63,206 bases of DNA, filler included, from Ministeria vibrans ATCC 50519 (GCA_943704425.1; 4 parts of 4 records of this genome joined end to end with filler, not necessarily neighbours in it), one strand, 5' to 3'. Shown: positions 1 through 12,380, numbered from the whole stretch's first letter. A program made the numbers and translations. Notes: generated by a model not told the origin, from the letters alone.

Positions 1-54
1 CCCCCCCCCCAAAGGAAACACAATACTAATAGTAAAAGTAAAACGATTTAGTAC

Positions 55-2066
55 CTTTCGAATGTTCTTGGTCAGCTCCGCTTCCGCTTTTTCATCGTCA
101 AATCGTGCAAAAAAAGTTCTCCCTTCCACCTGTTGCTGTCTCTCCTTCTCCACTCGCAGCTTCTCATCCCCTGCCTCTTCCTCGTCGCTTTTTCTTTGTC
201 TCAGTGCGCGCAACCGACTGTTCAGTCGTGCCACATTGAAATCACGCACTGTAATGTTATCACTGGCACGCACAAATGCACTCTCAGTCACCACTGGAAC
301 ATCCTTGTCCGTTACTGTTGCCACTGTGCCCATTTTTATTCGTTTCCTACAAAATAAAATTCAGAAAAACGTGATGAGCGGTTGTGCTTTGCAGACCTTT
401 GAGGTTCATCTGGCTGAGAGACATTGCTCAACGATGACAAGAGCGAGTCCACAGCCTGATTGCGTGCCTTTTGCTTCTGCTGCTGTCGTCCACTCAGAGT
501 CACCATTGCGCGTTTCGCAACAACTTGTTCTTCTTCCGTTGGCAACTCTTCCACTGGCGTCGCAACTTCCTTCATTTCTTCCACTCGTTCCTCCTCTTCC
601 TCCCCTTCTTCTTCTCCTTCTTCTTTTGTGTCTTCGACAATCGTGGCACTCGAGCTGGTGCGCACACTGCTGCTAATGCTGACATCGCTCTGTTTCGACT
701 CGGTGCGCTTGAAGACTTCCGTGAGTGGGCGACCCGCCACTGTGTATGCGCCACGGAATGGCTCAAAGGCACTGGTAAATGTCTCGCGCACCACAGTGAG
801 AAGTTCCGTTTCGTTTTGTAACATGAGGGTGCGCTTGTCGGGCGTAACATTGACATCGACAGTAGTGCGAGGCAGTGTGATGGCAAGAAACACGGCAGGC
901 ACCTGTTGTGCATAGTACTGGCGATAGACTTCGTTTACGGTCTTGGTGACGCGCGGGAGGTCACAGGGGCGGCCGTTGACAAAGACATACTGGCGGTCGC
1001 CGGCGCTGCGTCCACAGCCAGCTTCAGGTTTGGACACGTAACCACTAAGTGAAATACCGGCGACGACAGCATCGGCGGCGGCAATGGAGGCGGAGGGGTT
1101 CGTGACGGCGGTGCGTTCGACCGCCGTCAATTTCTGGACCGTCTTGGCACCAAACACAGCTGCAATGCGATCACGCATACCCTCGGCCCCATTGCTCAAA
1201 ACGACCGTCGACGAGGACGCTCGACCACCGCCGCCACCGGCAGCAGCAGAATTTGATACGCTTGTTTGGTTTGAGCAAGTGATGCGTACACCCGGACAGG
1301 CAAGGCAATACGCCTGGAGCAACTGGACGAGCTTGCCAAAGTCGCGTTTGAGGTTGCAACGGAACTCGCGCAGGCGTACGGGAAGAGTGAAGAAGAGCTG
1401 CTCAACGGAGACGGTGGTGCCGGGCGAGGAGCGCGGACAGGGAGTGCGCTTCACCAGACACCCGTCAATGTCGTACTCAAGACGCACGCCAACCGTCTGC
1501 TCGGCGGTGCGCGTCGAGATAGCCATGTGCGACAGGGCACAGAGCGAGCTGAGCGCCTCGCCGCGGAAACCAAAGGTGCTTACGTCGGAAAGGTCGTCAA
1601 ACTCACGCAGTTTGCTCGTGTGGTGTTTCAGGGTCAGGCCCTCGTAGTTGCTCTCCTGTACGCCACAGCCGTCGTCGATCACCTCGATCAAGTCTGCACC
1701 ATACTAAGCAAGGGAGGGGAAGGGGGGCGAAGAGAGAAGAGCCAACAGAGAACATTTAGCATTCTGCATTTGGGTTACAATAATAATATTAATTATTTTG
1801 GACTTGGCGCCAAAACAAAATCAAGAGAATGTGCAAAAGAGGCGACAAAGAGAAAAAAACAAACAAAAAGGGAAGGAGCACAAAGGGGAAAGATGCTGGG
1901 GCGATGCAAGGCGAACCTCTTTGAGGCGGATCTCTATCCTAGTGGCGCCTGCGTCGAGTGCGTTTTCGACAAGTTCTTTGACGGCAATGGCCAGCGACAG
2001 AACGACCTGGCCGCTGCAGATGCGGTGGACCGAGTGCCGGTCGATCGCCTGTATCGAGGACGCCAT
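55..2066 (-). CDS. PMS2: DNA mismatch repair protein PMS2/PMS1 (MutL family), 3' end runs off the window
   Basis: Exon 1 (2066-1917) [41 protein letters not shown]; exon 2 (1703-~397) has [44 protein letters not shown]; exon 3 (~346-55) ends [15 protein letters not shown] introns. Confidence 0.93.
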
Positions 2067-2285
2067 GAAAGGCCAACAAGAAGAAAAACTGTGAAAATTG
2101 AAAAATAAGAAAATTACTAATTAGGAGTAAGACGGTCAGAGAAAGACTCAGTAGTATTGTTGAATTTGATCATTAAGATTGCGTTTTATTTCACTTTACT
2201 TCATACCTTCAACCTCGGTCCTTCGGATAAATCGGATTATTGAAATCAACATTTTTTTTGTGGAAAGAGAGAACGAATAAAACGT

Positions 2286-4574
2286 TTACTTTGGAATCAT
2301 TTTGACACTGCCAATGGGAGCAAAATCACGAAGGAAAGTGAGAGATTCGCCGTGGTGGTAACGACGAATGGCCTCGGCAAAAAGATGAGACACATCAATG
2401 GTATTGAGACGGGCACAGCGCTGCATTTTGTCGCGCGTGTCGACACTGTTGGTGACAGTCACCTCGTCAATGCGGCTGTCGTTGATGAGCTCCAGAGAGT
2501 TCCCGCTCAGCACCCCGTGCGTCGCCAGCACATGCACGGCCGTCGCACCACGTTCTCGCAGCACAAATGACGCAGCACACGCCGACTTGGCATTGTCAAT
2601 TAGATCATCCACCAGAATTGCTACTTTGCCCGCAACATCGCCCACAAGAACCACTTTGCGCTGTACAGAGATGGAAATGAGTACAATAGATGTGTGTGTG
2701 TGTGTGTGCGATGAAGAGGACTGTGCGTGTTGAGTGAGTGCACCGCAACTCGGTGTGTGGGAGTTGTGCATGTAATCAGTGTGCGTGAAAAGCGCGGGTC
2801 AAAAAAAGAGAAGTGTGGGTGCGTGCGGTGCAAAATGTACCTTCAAGAGAGGAGTGGGAATAGACGGTGCCGAGAGTGACTCTGACGACGGCCCTGCCTC
2901 GTCCGCCTTTGTCTCGTTTTCCTCGGTTGTTGTCCCTTCTGCTTCTTTGGTCTCTTTCCGAGCGGGTTTTGGTGATGAAAATGGTCTCAGTTTTGACCCT
3001 AGTATGCAGGACGATTCAGTCTTACGCACCCACTCATACTCTTTGCCTACCTTTCCCTTCCTTTGCCTCCTCCTTGTGAATAATTGCAAAGTCAACACCC
3101 AACGCATCCGCATAGGCAGTCGCCAGCTTCGCTCCTCCTGTGTCATCAATGTACAATGAAGGTCAATTGTGGTTTGTGTGGGTGTGTGGGTGTGTGATTG
3201 TGTACCCGCTCCCTTTGCAACAATCACCACGTTCAATTTGGGGTATTTCTGTCGAATGAACGTCACAAACACTAAACGAACGCACACGAAAGATCAGTTG
3301 AACCAAATCGCACGCTCTCAACCAACCAAAATCACTCACTCAATCAAACAATTCACATCCTCTCGATCACACCCACACTCATACAAGGACGAATCCACAA
3401 ATTGTCGACAGGAAAGTCAAAAAAGCCCTGCACAATGTCCGAATGAATGTCCAACATGATCACATGGTCCACTCCCGCCACTCGCAACATGTTCGCAACC
3501 AGTTTTGCGGGAATCGCTCCGCGTTTTTGCTACAAATAAGTGTGTGGGTTTCGACGCCTTACTGCAACGTGTAATTTCGGTGCAATACCTTCGTTTTGCA
3601 CTGCTTTGAGTAAAAGAGAAAGGGAATGACGGCTATGACGCGCTTTGCAGAGGCAGTGCGACACGAGTTGGCCAGAATGAGAAGTTCCATTAGCCCGTCA
3701 TTTACATTTTCACTCATTCCTACAGAACAAACAAAACGGATTGGATACTATCCATGCGATCCATGTGGTGCTTGTGGGCAAGGGAAAGGCCATCGCCAAC
3801 ACGCAGTCAATTTCTCGCAAAAGGCGATTCAATATGTGTTTGATGCACTATTATTTAAGGTTTCGCGCGCGAAGAGAAAACGAAAAAGAAACGGATCAAA
3901 TTCATCAGGAGAATCATTGAAGCGGTTGGCTCGAGCAAACAACGACCCGCAGTGGATAGATGTGGAGGAAAAGGGCAATTGTGGATGCAATGGCGATCGA
4001 AAAAGCGATTGGGGTTTGGCCAAAGTGGGTTGAACAGACCTACCTGTTTGAATGAGGTACACATGCTCCTCACGGACACTTTCCACAATCTGTACAGAGG
4101 TCTCTCGGTTGGAGAAATGCGACACTTTCGCAGCGGAAAGTGGTGTTCCGAGGTGTCTACGAAACGAGAAAAAAAAACGAAAGGAAAAGGTCACTGGCTG
4201 AGTAGTGAAGGAGGAGGTGCAGCCGCCCGAAAGGAGTCACCGGTGCCAGAGTATGCGCCGGCACGGGTATTGGTCAGCACGAGAGGCGGGATTGCGAGGA
4301 GGAATGGGCGAGCGCGATAATTCACATTGAGAGACTGACATCCAAAGAGAAGGAGAAGCGACACACTCGCCCTGCACACACACTCATAGGCACACCCACC
4401 CACACATACAGACACACACACACACATACACACGCGTGGTGAGCACTGGACAGGCCCAACAGCGAGTCTCATTCGACAAAACAAGACGTAAACAAATTTT
4501 CCTTTCACGTACTCGCACACACGCTCCGCCAGGTCGAGATGGGCGTTTCCCGAGAAGATCTTTCCACCGCGCAT
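2286..4574 (-). CDS. PRPSAP: PRPP synthetase-associated protein (PRPSAP-like, probably non-catalytic), multi-exon
   Basis: Spliced: [98 protein letters not shown]..[long insert]..[56 protein letters not shown] and DDLIDN match PRPSAP rather than catalytic PRPS. Confidence 0.85.
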
Positions 4575-4670
4575 ATCGGCAGTTCCAGACAAACAGTTGA
4601 GACAAAGGGAGTGAGATAACTGAGATCGTGATATTCGTTTGAATAAATTACAGTTTTTGCTCTCTTGGCG

Positions 4671-6789
4671 ATGATTCGCGTCCTCGGCAAACGCATGCTC
4701 AGCACTGCTGCAGCACCATCCACTCTCAGCCCGGTTGGGGTGTATGCGAAACTTGTGCAAGATGGGATTGTAAAGTAGGGTTTGCAAAGTTGCAACAGCA
4801 AAAGTCGCACTGCACTGATGCTCGGTCCGTTTTCCGGCAGCCACGACGCACACCAGGCCAAAATCGTCGAGTCTCTCGAGTCATTGCATCACCAGATGTG
4901 CAAGTATGAGCCTCCCGAGATTGACGAGCCCTCTGCGGCGCCCGTTGCCAGCGCCACCAGTCAGTCACATTGTTCCATCCGTCTCCACACTCTCTCAACA
5001 CCTCTTTGGATTTTTCCTCTCTCTCTCTCTCTCTCTCTCAGACATCTTCCAGCGCCTCTTCGGCGCCGCCCCCGAAAAGAAAACGCCCGAGCCAGGGCAG
5101 AGGGCGCCCAAGGGCCTGTACATGCACGGCGATGTGGGCTGTGGCAAGACCATGTTGATGGACATGTTCTTCGACACGGTTCCCTTTGCGCCCAAGCGAC
5201 GCGTCCACTTCCACGAATTCATGCAGGACTTTCATCAGCGGAAGCATGCCTTTGAGCAAGACGTGCGACGGCGCTTCCCACTCGCTGAGAAAGTCGACAG
5301 TGCCGTCTACGATGCAATTCCGTCAGTGGCACGCCAACTGGCACGCGAGGCGCGACTCCTCTGCTTTGACGAGTTCCAAGTCGTGGACATTGTCGACGCC
5401 ATGATTCTTCGTCGTCTGTTTGGCTGTCTCTTTGATCATGGTGTGGTTGTAGTCGCAACCAGCAATCGTCCACCGCATCGTAAGAAACAGAGTGTCGTCC
5501 CAACCTTATCCCCAGCCCCAAACCTAACCCTAATCTTAACGCTAATCTCAACTCCACCAATTTCTCTAGAACTCTATCAAGACGGACTTCAACGTCTTAG
5601 CTTTGTTCCTTTTATCCCTCTTCTTCAGTCCCACTGCGCCGTCCTCCCTCTCCAATCCGGGGTGGACTACCGTCGTCTCAGCAAGTTACCCGCTCGCTCT
5701 CTCTTCCTATCTCCAATTCACTCTCTTACCAATATTGAACTCGATTCTATCTTTGAAACACTCTCCGCTCACGAGCGAAATTCTTCCAACCAAGGTAAGT
5801 CACACACACACACAAAAAAAAAACAAACCTTTTTCTCATATTCATTTTTCTGTGTGTGTGTTTTTTAGAGGAATTGACTGAACATAAAACAATTAAAGTT
5901 TACGGTCGAACTGTCACTGTGCCCATTTCCTTTGGTCGAATTGCTCGTTTTACCTTCAAACAATTGTGCGAAACGGTAAACAAAAGATAGAATGCCATTT
6001 TCAATATGTTTCACTCATATTTCAACATAACAATCTCAACATTTCTCATTGTGTCTCTCATTGTGTCTCTTATTGTGCCCCTCTTATTTTCTCTGTCTTA
6101 GCCAATGAGTGCGGCTGATTATGTTGAGCTCAATCGCCATTTCGACACTTTTTTCGTCTCTGACATTCCTCAAATGTCTCAGTCTAAGAAAAACGAAGCC
6201 AGAAGGTCAATTCATAATTAATAAGACGTAATAGACTTATTATATTTATTTCTGAATCGGAGCAAAATCTCTTTCCCCCCTTTCGACAGATTCATTAATT
6301 TTGTCGATGCGACTTATAATAATTCGGTAAACACGAAGAAACAAAGACTAAAAGTCACAGACAAAAAAAGAAATACGAAAGAAACAAAATATCAATCATT
6401 CGTTTTGATCCATCATTATAATTAAATAGAATTATTATTATCAATTTGATTTCTCCTTCGTAAAACGTATTAATTTTACTTTCTTAGAATCGATTGGTTT
6501 GTTCAGCTGAAGTTGAAATCAATCGGTTGTTTGTCAATGCACCTTTGGATACGTCTGTTCAGTCGGACGCACAGAGAATGTTATTGGACGACTTGAAACT
6601 CGTAAGTCGTCTTGAGAAAATGCTCTTTTAATTTTTTGAGGAGAGTGAACTATTCTTATTTTGAAGGGAGATTCTGACGTGTCACGACCGATTTTTACTG
6701 GTGCTGAAGAAGTGTTTGCGTTTGAACGGGCAGTGTCGCGTCTCATTGAAATGCAGTCCGATGCATACTGGAATTTGAAGCAAAAATGA
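4671..6789 (+). CDS. AFG1L: AFG1-like mitochondrial ATPase (LACE1/ZapE family), multi-exon
   Basis: Presequence-like MIRVLGKRMLSTAAAP; PKGLYMHGDVGCGKTMLMD (Walker A), RVHFHEFM, LLCFDEFQVVDIVDAMILRRLF, TSNRPP, LYQDGLQR, GVDYR; C-terminal IFTGAEEVFAFERAVSRLIEMQS. Confidence 0.93.
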
Positions 6790-6907
6790 ACAATAAAAAT
6801 GTAAAAATTGAACCGCTGAAACAACACAATAATAGCGACAACAATAATAATAATAACAATAATTATTATTATTATTATTAATAATATTATTATTATTATT
6901 ATTATTT

Positions 6908-7107
6908 TCTAAGAATGTATTGTAATTCTTCGGAACTCGGGCGGTACAAAACAGGAAGGGAGCTTTGTTGAGGTCAAGTTCAAGTTGGGACGCGTAGCCC
7001 ATGTGATTTACTCCGCACGAATTTATTTTGACGACGTCTGCGGATAGTTATTCAATGGTAGGAGACTCGTTCAAGATGGTGCTCTTGTCTAGATTGTACG
7101 CGTCCAT
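6908..7107 (-). pseudogene. Degenerate fragment of an IRG-like GTPase paralog
   Basis: GYASQLELDLNKAPFLFCTARVPKNY aligns with GYVEKYNLSLYDAPLLFCTRRVPASF of the adjacent ORF; an in-frame TAA lies upstream; no G1 motif; the fragment runs into an (AAT)n tract. Confidence 0.6.
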
Positions 7108-7143
7108 AGCTGCCTGATTTGATTGGGGGCTTTTATTTACGGA

Positions 7144-7935
7144 CTATTCACTCATGCTCGCTCTCGTATTCTCCAACTTTGCTCGGTAAAAGGCCTCAAT
7201 GTCTTTTATCAGCTCCAGGGAGTCTCCAAGCCGTACTTGTTCCACCTCATTTTCGGCGTTTGTGACTTTCATAAGCTCGCGTGAGTCAATGACGTAGCCG
7301 CGATTTGCCGATGGAACTTTTTTCCGGACCTCTTTGATGAGCTCCGCACGCGCTTCCTCGACCACTTGCGTCGGGGTCTTGCCATCCCCTGGCGCGTTTT
7401 CCACATCGTGGGAAATTTGGTTGCGTACAAAAAAGGTAGGCAGATCTTGGGCGTGGAGTTCCTGTGCAATGGAGGCGAAGGAGGCGGGAACGCGCCTGGT
7501 GCAGAAAAGGAGCGGGGCGTCGTACAACGACAGGTTGTATTTCTCCACGTAGCCGACCAAGGGCGAGCTTGAGGTGTTGCAGCCTGGAAGGTCCACAATG
7601 TAGATTTTGGTGCCCTTCTCGGTGATCGTCCACAGGTAGAAGCTTGCCTCCATTGTCGTCTCGGTGCTCCCTGTTTTTGCAAATCCTTCTTCGCCAATTT
7701 TTTTGCCGCGCACCGCATTGCAAAAGTCCGACTTTCCCGCGCCCGACAGCCCAACCAAGGGAAAGTAAACTGCGTCTGGATCGAGGCCTTTTGCCGTCAT
7801 TTTTTGTCGACGTTCTGCGGTGCGAGTGGCTAAAATTGCTTCGGCCGCTTTCGACCGAGCATGGATGATAGCAGCCGCAACTCCAACGACAGCAACGGCG
7901 GCGCTGCCGATAGCAAGAGAAACAACCAAACCCAT
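7144..7935 (-). CDS. Immunity-related GTPase-like (IRG/p47/IIGP family) GTPase, single exon
   Basis: GLSGAGKSDFCNAVRG (G1), EEGFAKTGSTETTME (IRG-type switch I), DLPG (G3), Y..K....YD, FFVRNQI (G4 region). The N-terminus MGLVVS fits a myristoylation consensus and is followed by a hydrophobic helix. Confidence 0.8.
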   Translation of the reverse strand: MGLVVSLAIGSAAVAVVGVAAAIIHARSKAAEAILATRTAERRQKMTAKGLDPDAVYFPLVGLSGAGKSDFCNAVRGKKIGEEGFAKTGSTETTMEASFYLWTITEKGTKIYIVDLPGCNTSSSPLVGYVEKYNLSLYDAPLLFCTRRVPASFASIAQELHAQDLPTFFVRNQISHDVENAPGDGKTPTQVVEEARAELIKEVRKKVPSANRGYVIDSRELMKVTNAENEVEQVRLGDSLELIKDIEAFYRAKLENTRASMSE

Positions 7936-8220
7936 AGCTCAAAATAATTGTGAATGATCATTGATCAATGAGAAAGAGAGAGAAAAAAAAAAAAAGAAAA
8001 GTCGATTCGACCAAAACTCGACCGAAAAATAAACAATGACTCAAGTCTCGTTCATGAACTTTAAATCGTCCTTTTTTATCTCTTCGTGACAAAACCGCCT
8101 TTCACATGTACATATAATAAAACTGTAGTCTGTCTGTGTGTAATGACTGTAATGACTGTGCAACTGACAGTGGTCCCTGATATACAGTGATTATTTTCTC
8201 GGTTTCATCTTTCTCGTACG

Positions 8221-9516
8221 TTAGTGGGGAATTTGTTGAATACTGGTCCATGATCGATCATTGCCTGATTCAACCCCGTTGGAAAGAGCAACGGGACGTC
8301 CATCTGAGTCAAACAGAAGTTGGTGGCGTTCGCGACGACTAAGCGCGATCTGTGAGCCGTCGGTGAACGAGATGGAGTGCGGAAAGGACTCGCGAGGGGC
8401 GGGGTTGGGCTCGCCTGCATAGCCATTGGGGATCCAATCCACTCCGTTGCGACTCCACGCTCGAGTGCACACTGTGGATTGTAATAGAAAGGATCACATA
8501 CATCAACCGACGAATAATAACAATAATAATTATAATATTTATTATAATTATTATGTTTTTTTTTGTGGTGTTTTACCTTTGCTGGGGTGCATGGAGTGTA
8601 GCAACATGTGAAAGTTTCCGCGTTTATCCTGAAACACAAAGGCATCTTCACCGTAGACGTTCGTCTCAGCACGGAATTCATAGGGGCCGCGCCAGGAGGG
8701 GGCAACATAGACCACCATGTGACGCCAGGGGCGCTGCGCTGTCTGCACTTTACAGTAGAGAAAAGCGGTGCCGTTGTTGGTAATCCACAACGAAGGATTG
8801 TTGCATGAGGTGCCTTTGTACGCAAACTCAAAGGTCGTCCAGGGACCCGTCAGTGACGAGGAGAAGGCCATTTCTGGCGTACAGTACTGTTCAATCTCCT
8901 CCAAAAGCGGTGAAGATTCTTGTGTCGTCTGCGCTGTGCAATTCATAGGATCTCCATGGATGCCTGGATGGCCACCGCCGATGTGAAGCAGCAAATACGT
9001 GCCGTTGGCAGTTGGACCTGCGCAAGACAAAAGTGTACACATAAGAATGAGACGCAACAACAGAGTTCAATTGGTCGCTCTGCATTGCTCACCGACGACA
9101 GTTGGATTGTGAGAAAACGGCTTCATGGCGGGCGGTCCTTCAATCTTATACGGCCCCAGTGCAGTCGGCGCGAACGCTTGGGCGATTTGAGAGTTGCGTT
9201 GCCAACTGGACAAATTGCAATGGTCGACAAACGCAGAAACGTGCATGACGAAGCGCCTGTGCGCCGCCTGCCACTTGATGGACCCGCCCCACGACGCGGA
9301 CGTGTTTGCGCGGAGAGCAGCGCCGCCCAGGGCCGGGTTGGCGGGGAGGAGAGTGAGTTTGGAGCAGTCGGCGCCGCTCCACATTCGGTCGCACTCACAG
9401 ACGCCGGCAGCATTGCAGATGCCGCCAAGAGAGCAGTCCAGCTCGCTTTGGCACAATGAAAGTGCACACCCAGCCGTGAGGCCGAGGACAAGGAGTATAT
9501 GAAGAGATCTAGACAT
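8221..9516 (-). CDS. Secreted beta-propeller glycoside hydrolase-like protein (GH43-like clan) with N-terminal EGF-like Cys module, 3 exons
   Basis: Signal peptide; CxxxxDCSLGGxC...CxC...WSGADC; SWGG, HNPTV, YLLLHIG, NNPS, GEDAFVFQDKRGNFHMLLH, RRERHQLLF motifs. Confidence 0.65.
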
Positions 9517-9581
9517 GCAAAATTTAATACTGGTTTATTGATAATCATCAATCGAACTTCAAATTATTTTCATTGATTGCC

Positions 9582-10722
9582 ATGTCTCGCGACTTTATTG
9601 GCTATGGCCAGCAGACCCCTCTTCGATGCTGGCCCAACGACGCCAAGATTGCTGTATTCATCCAACCTCCCTCACCCATGATCGTATTTCTGATCATATT
9701 CGTGTGCGCAGGTTCAGTTTGTGGTCAACTATGAAGAGGGCGCCGAATCGTCGGTCCTGCTGGGCGACGCCCACAGCGAGTTTATGCTCAACGACGTGCT
9801 TGGCTCGGCACCGCTACCGGCGCCGCAGCGCAACCTCAACGTCGAGTCTATGTATGAGTATGGCAGTCGCGCCGGTTTCTGGCGTCTCCATCGCCTCTTC
9901 GCCTCGCGCGGCATCCCCGTCACGTCGTATGCCTGCGGACGCGCCTTGGAAAGCAACCCCGCTGCAGCTGCAGCCATGCTAGCGTCCGGATGGGAGGTAT
10001 GCGTTCCCACACTCCACAGCGAGATGTCGTTCAGCTCATCCTCTCCTGTTTGTCCTAAGATTGCCTCGCATGGCTATCGCTGGCTCGACTACCAGTCAAT
10101 TCCCGAGTCCGTGGAGCGCGAACACATCCGCCAGGCTGTGTCGTCGGTCCGGGCGGTGACGGACGGTCGTGTGCGACCCATTGGGCTGTACCAGGGAAAG
10201 CCAGGCCCTAACACACGCCGACTCATGGACGAAGAAGACGGCTTTGTCTACACCTCGGACGTGTACAGCGACGATCTTCCATACTGGGTGAGACACGAGC
10301 ACACAGGCGCGCCTGTGCTGGCCATCCCATACGCCCTCGACACCAACGACATGCGCTTTGTCTGTGGCGTCGCCCTCTCCGACGCCCAACAGTTCTTCAC
10401 CTACCTCAAAGACGCCTTTGACACGCTCTACGCCGAGGGCCATCAGGGCACCCCTAAAATGATGTCGATTGGCCTCCACCCGCGCGTCGTCGGGCGTCCC
10501 GGTCGCACGCGCGGCCTTGCCCTCTTCCTCGACTACGTCCAGAGCAAACAGAGCGTGTGGCTGTGCCGTCGTGTCGACATTGCCCGCCACTGGTTGCGCC
10601 ACTACTACCCCTTGGGCTCTCCTTCCTTTTGTGCCTCCGAGGAGAATCGCTTGGAGCTGTTGCGGCGCTGCGACGACCACATTTCAGCTATTGATTCGAC
10701 CTTTGTTAAACCCAAGTTGTAA
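9582..10722 (+). CDS. puuE: PuuE-type allantoinase (polysaccharide deacetylase/NodB fold), 2 introns
   Basis: MSRDFIGYG..WPNDAKIA|VQFVVNYEEGAE..ESMYEYGSRAGFWRLHRLF..WE|IASHGYRWLDY..DDLPYW..PYALDTNDMRF..YLKDAFDTLYAEG..MMSIGLHPRVVGRPGR..IARHW. Confidence 0.9.
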
Positions 10723-10936
10723 AGTCACATTATGTCCCTCCAAAATGTCGAAGCTCTGAAATCTTAAAGCGAGAGCGAATCACTCCGCCCGGAAATAGAT
10801 CGTGACGGACGTGACTGATGACAGTCATGCCACAGACAAAATAGTACAATTGTTTAAGGTTGAGACATTTCAGGTTTTCACTCAAGTGTGATCGAAGGAT
10901 TATAATTATTTCCATTTCGCACATAAAATTGAAAAC

Positions 10937-11596
10937 ATGTCTGAAGAGACGAGCCGTTTGCGGGTCTCGCTATTTATGGGAATCAACCTGCTCTCATCGA
11001 TCAGCGTGGTCTTTCTCAACAAATACATCTACCAGCATTACAACTTTCGCTATGGTATATATTTGCAAGGGACTCGCTGTGCACTTTGACACGTCTCCCT
11101 CGCCGCATTGGCCGCAGGATACCTGCTCACCTTTGTGCACTTTGTCATCACCTTCCTCGGCCTGCGTGTCTTTGCGTCGCTGCGCTTCTTCGACATCAAG
11201 AAGGTGCCCATCCGCGCTGTCCTGCCGCTGTGCGCCTCCTTCTGCGGCTTTGTCGTCTTCACCAACCTCTCCCTCCAAACCAACTCCGTCGGCTTCTACC
11301 AGGTACACACACACGCACACACACTGCTGCTGCTGGGCCCCGTCCCATCACCGCCAACCCTGTCGATCTCTTTTTCTTTCCTCTCTTTTACTTAGCTTGC
11401 AAAAGTCATGACCACTCCAGTCATTATTTTCCTTCAAACCAACTTTTTCAACCAACAATTCTCAACGGCCATCAAACTCTCACTGCTCCCCATTCTCGTG
11501 GGGGTCTCCATCAACTCATACGCCGACATCCAACTCAACCTCGTCGGGTCACTCTATGCCATTGCGGGAATTCTCACCACATCCTTCTACCAAATC
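10937..11596 (+). CDS. SLC35E3: SLC35E3-like nucleotide-sugar/triose-phosphate transporter, 3' truncated at contig end
   Basis: NLLSSISVVFLNKYIY, LTFVHF, FCGFVVFTNLSLQTNSVGFYQ|LAKVMTTP over three exons. Confidence 0.8.
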
Positions 11597-11662
11597 GTAC
11601 CAAGACACCAACACAACGATACTCTAATAATAATAATAATAATTTTTTATTATTGTGTGTGC

Positions 11663-11728
<66 letters not shown>

Positions 11729-11828
11729 NNNNNNNNNNNNNNNNNNNNNNNNNNNNNNNNNNNNNNNNNNNNTTAATTAATTAANNNNNNNNNNNNNNNN
11801 NNNNNNNNNNNNNNNNNNNNNNNNNNNN
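11729..11828. other. Artificial contig linker
   Basis: N44-TTAATTAATTAA-N44 (stops in all six frames), identical at three places in the window. Confidence 0.97.
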
Positions 11829-12079
11829 TGAGACTGATCAAAAAAAAACCCGATTTTTTTCAAAAACTCGATATCGAGTAAAAACGTTTTGAAACTTGTG
11901 ATTTGCTATTGTTTGTCACAAAGAGGGGATTTTGGAACGCAAGCGAGAAGTGGAAGTTGTGCACCAAATTGGGTGATCAACGGTGCAAAAGAAAGTGGAA
12001 AAAACGGGCTATCAGGCCCAGATAACCACTCGATATCGAGCCATAACAGAATAATCGGGTTTTTTTTTGATCAGTCTCA
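11829..12079. mobile_element. MITE / non-autonomous DNA transposon (~250 bp) with 27-bp perfect terminal inverted repeats
   Basis: TGAGACTGATCAAAAAAAAACCCGATT ... AATCGGGTTTTTTTTTGATCAGTCTCA, plus two subterminal CTCGATATCGAG palindromes. No ORF. The left flank is lost at the contig edge. Confidence 0.85.
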
Positions 12080-12380
12080 ATTTTAATAATAATAATAATA
12101 AAAATTTATTATTATTATTTTTGGTCTCAGTGTCTCCAATTCTCAATCGACCATAATAATTAAATTATGAGTCTCCCGAGTGCTGAATGTTGAGAAATCA
12201 GAAACCACTGCCAAGCAGCCAAGGCGCCGACTGATGAGTGCTGGGCGACTGCCAAGCGTACACCGCCTTGATCCTTGCTTAATAATAATTATTATTGTTT
12301 TTTTTTTCATTTTTCATTCATCTGCATCACTGCTTAGTGATTATAAATTTACAATCAATGCATTCATTTTTGCTACTCGT

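Noticed and set aside
11729-11828. TTAATTAATTAA palindrome flanked by Ns, three times
   Set aside because: Artificial concatenation linker, not biology.
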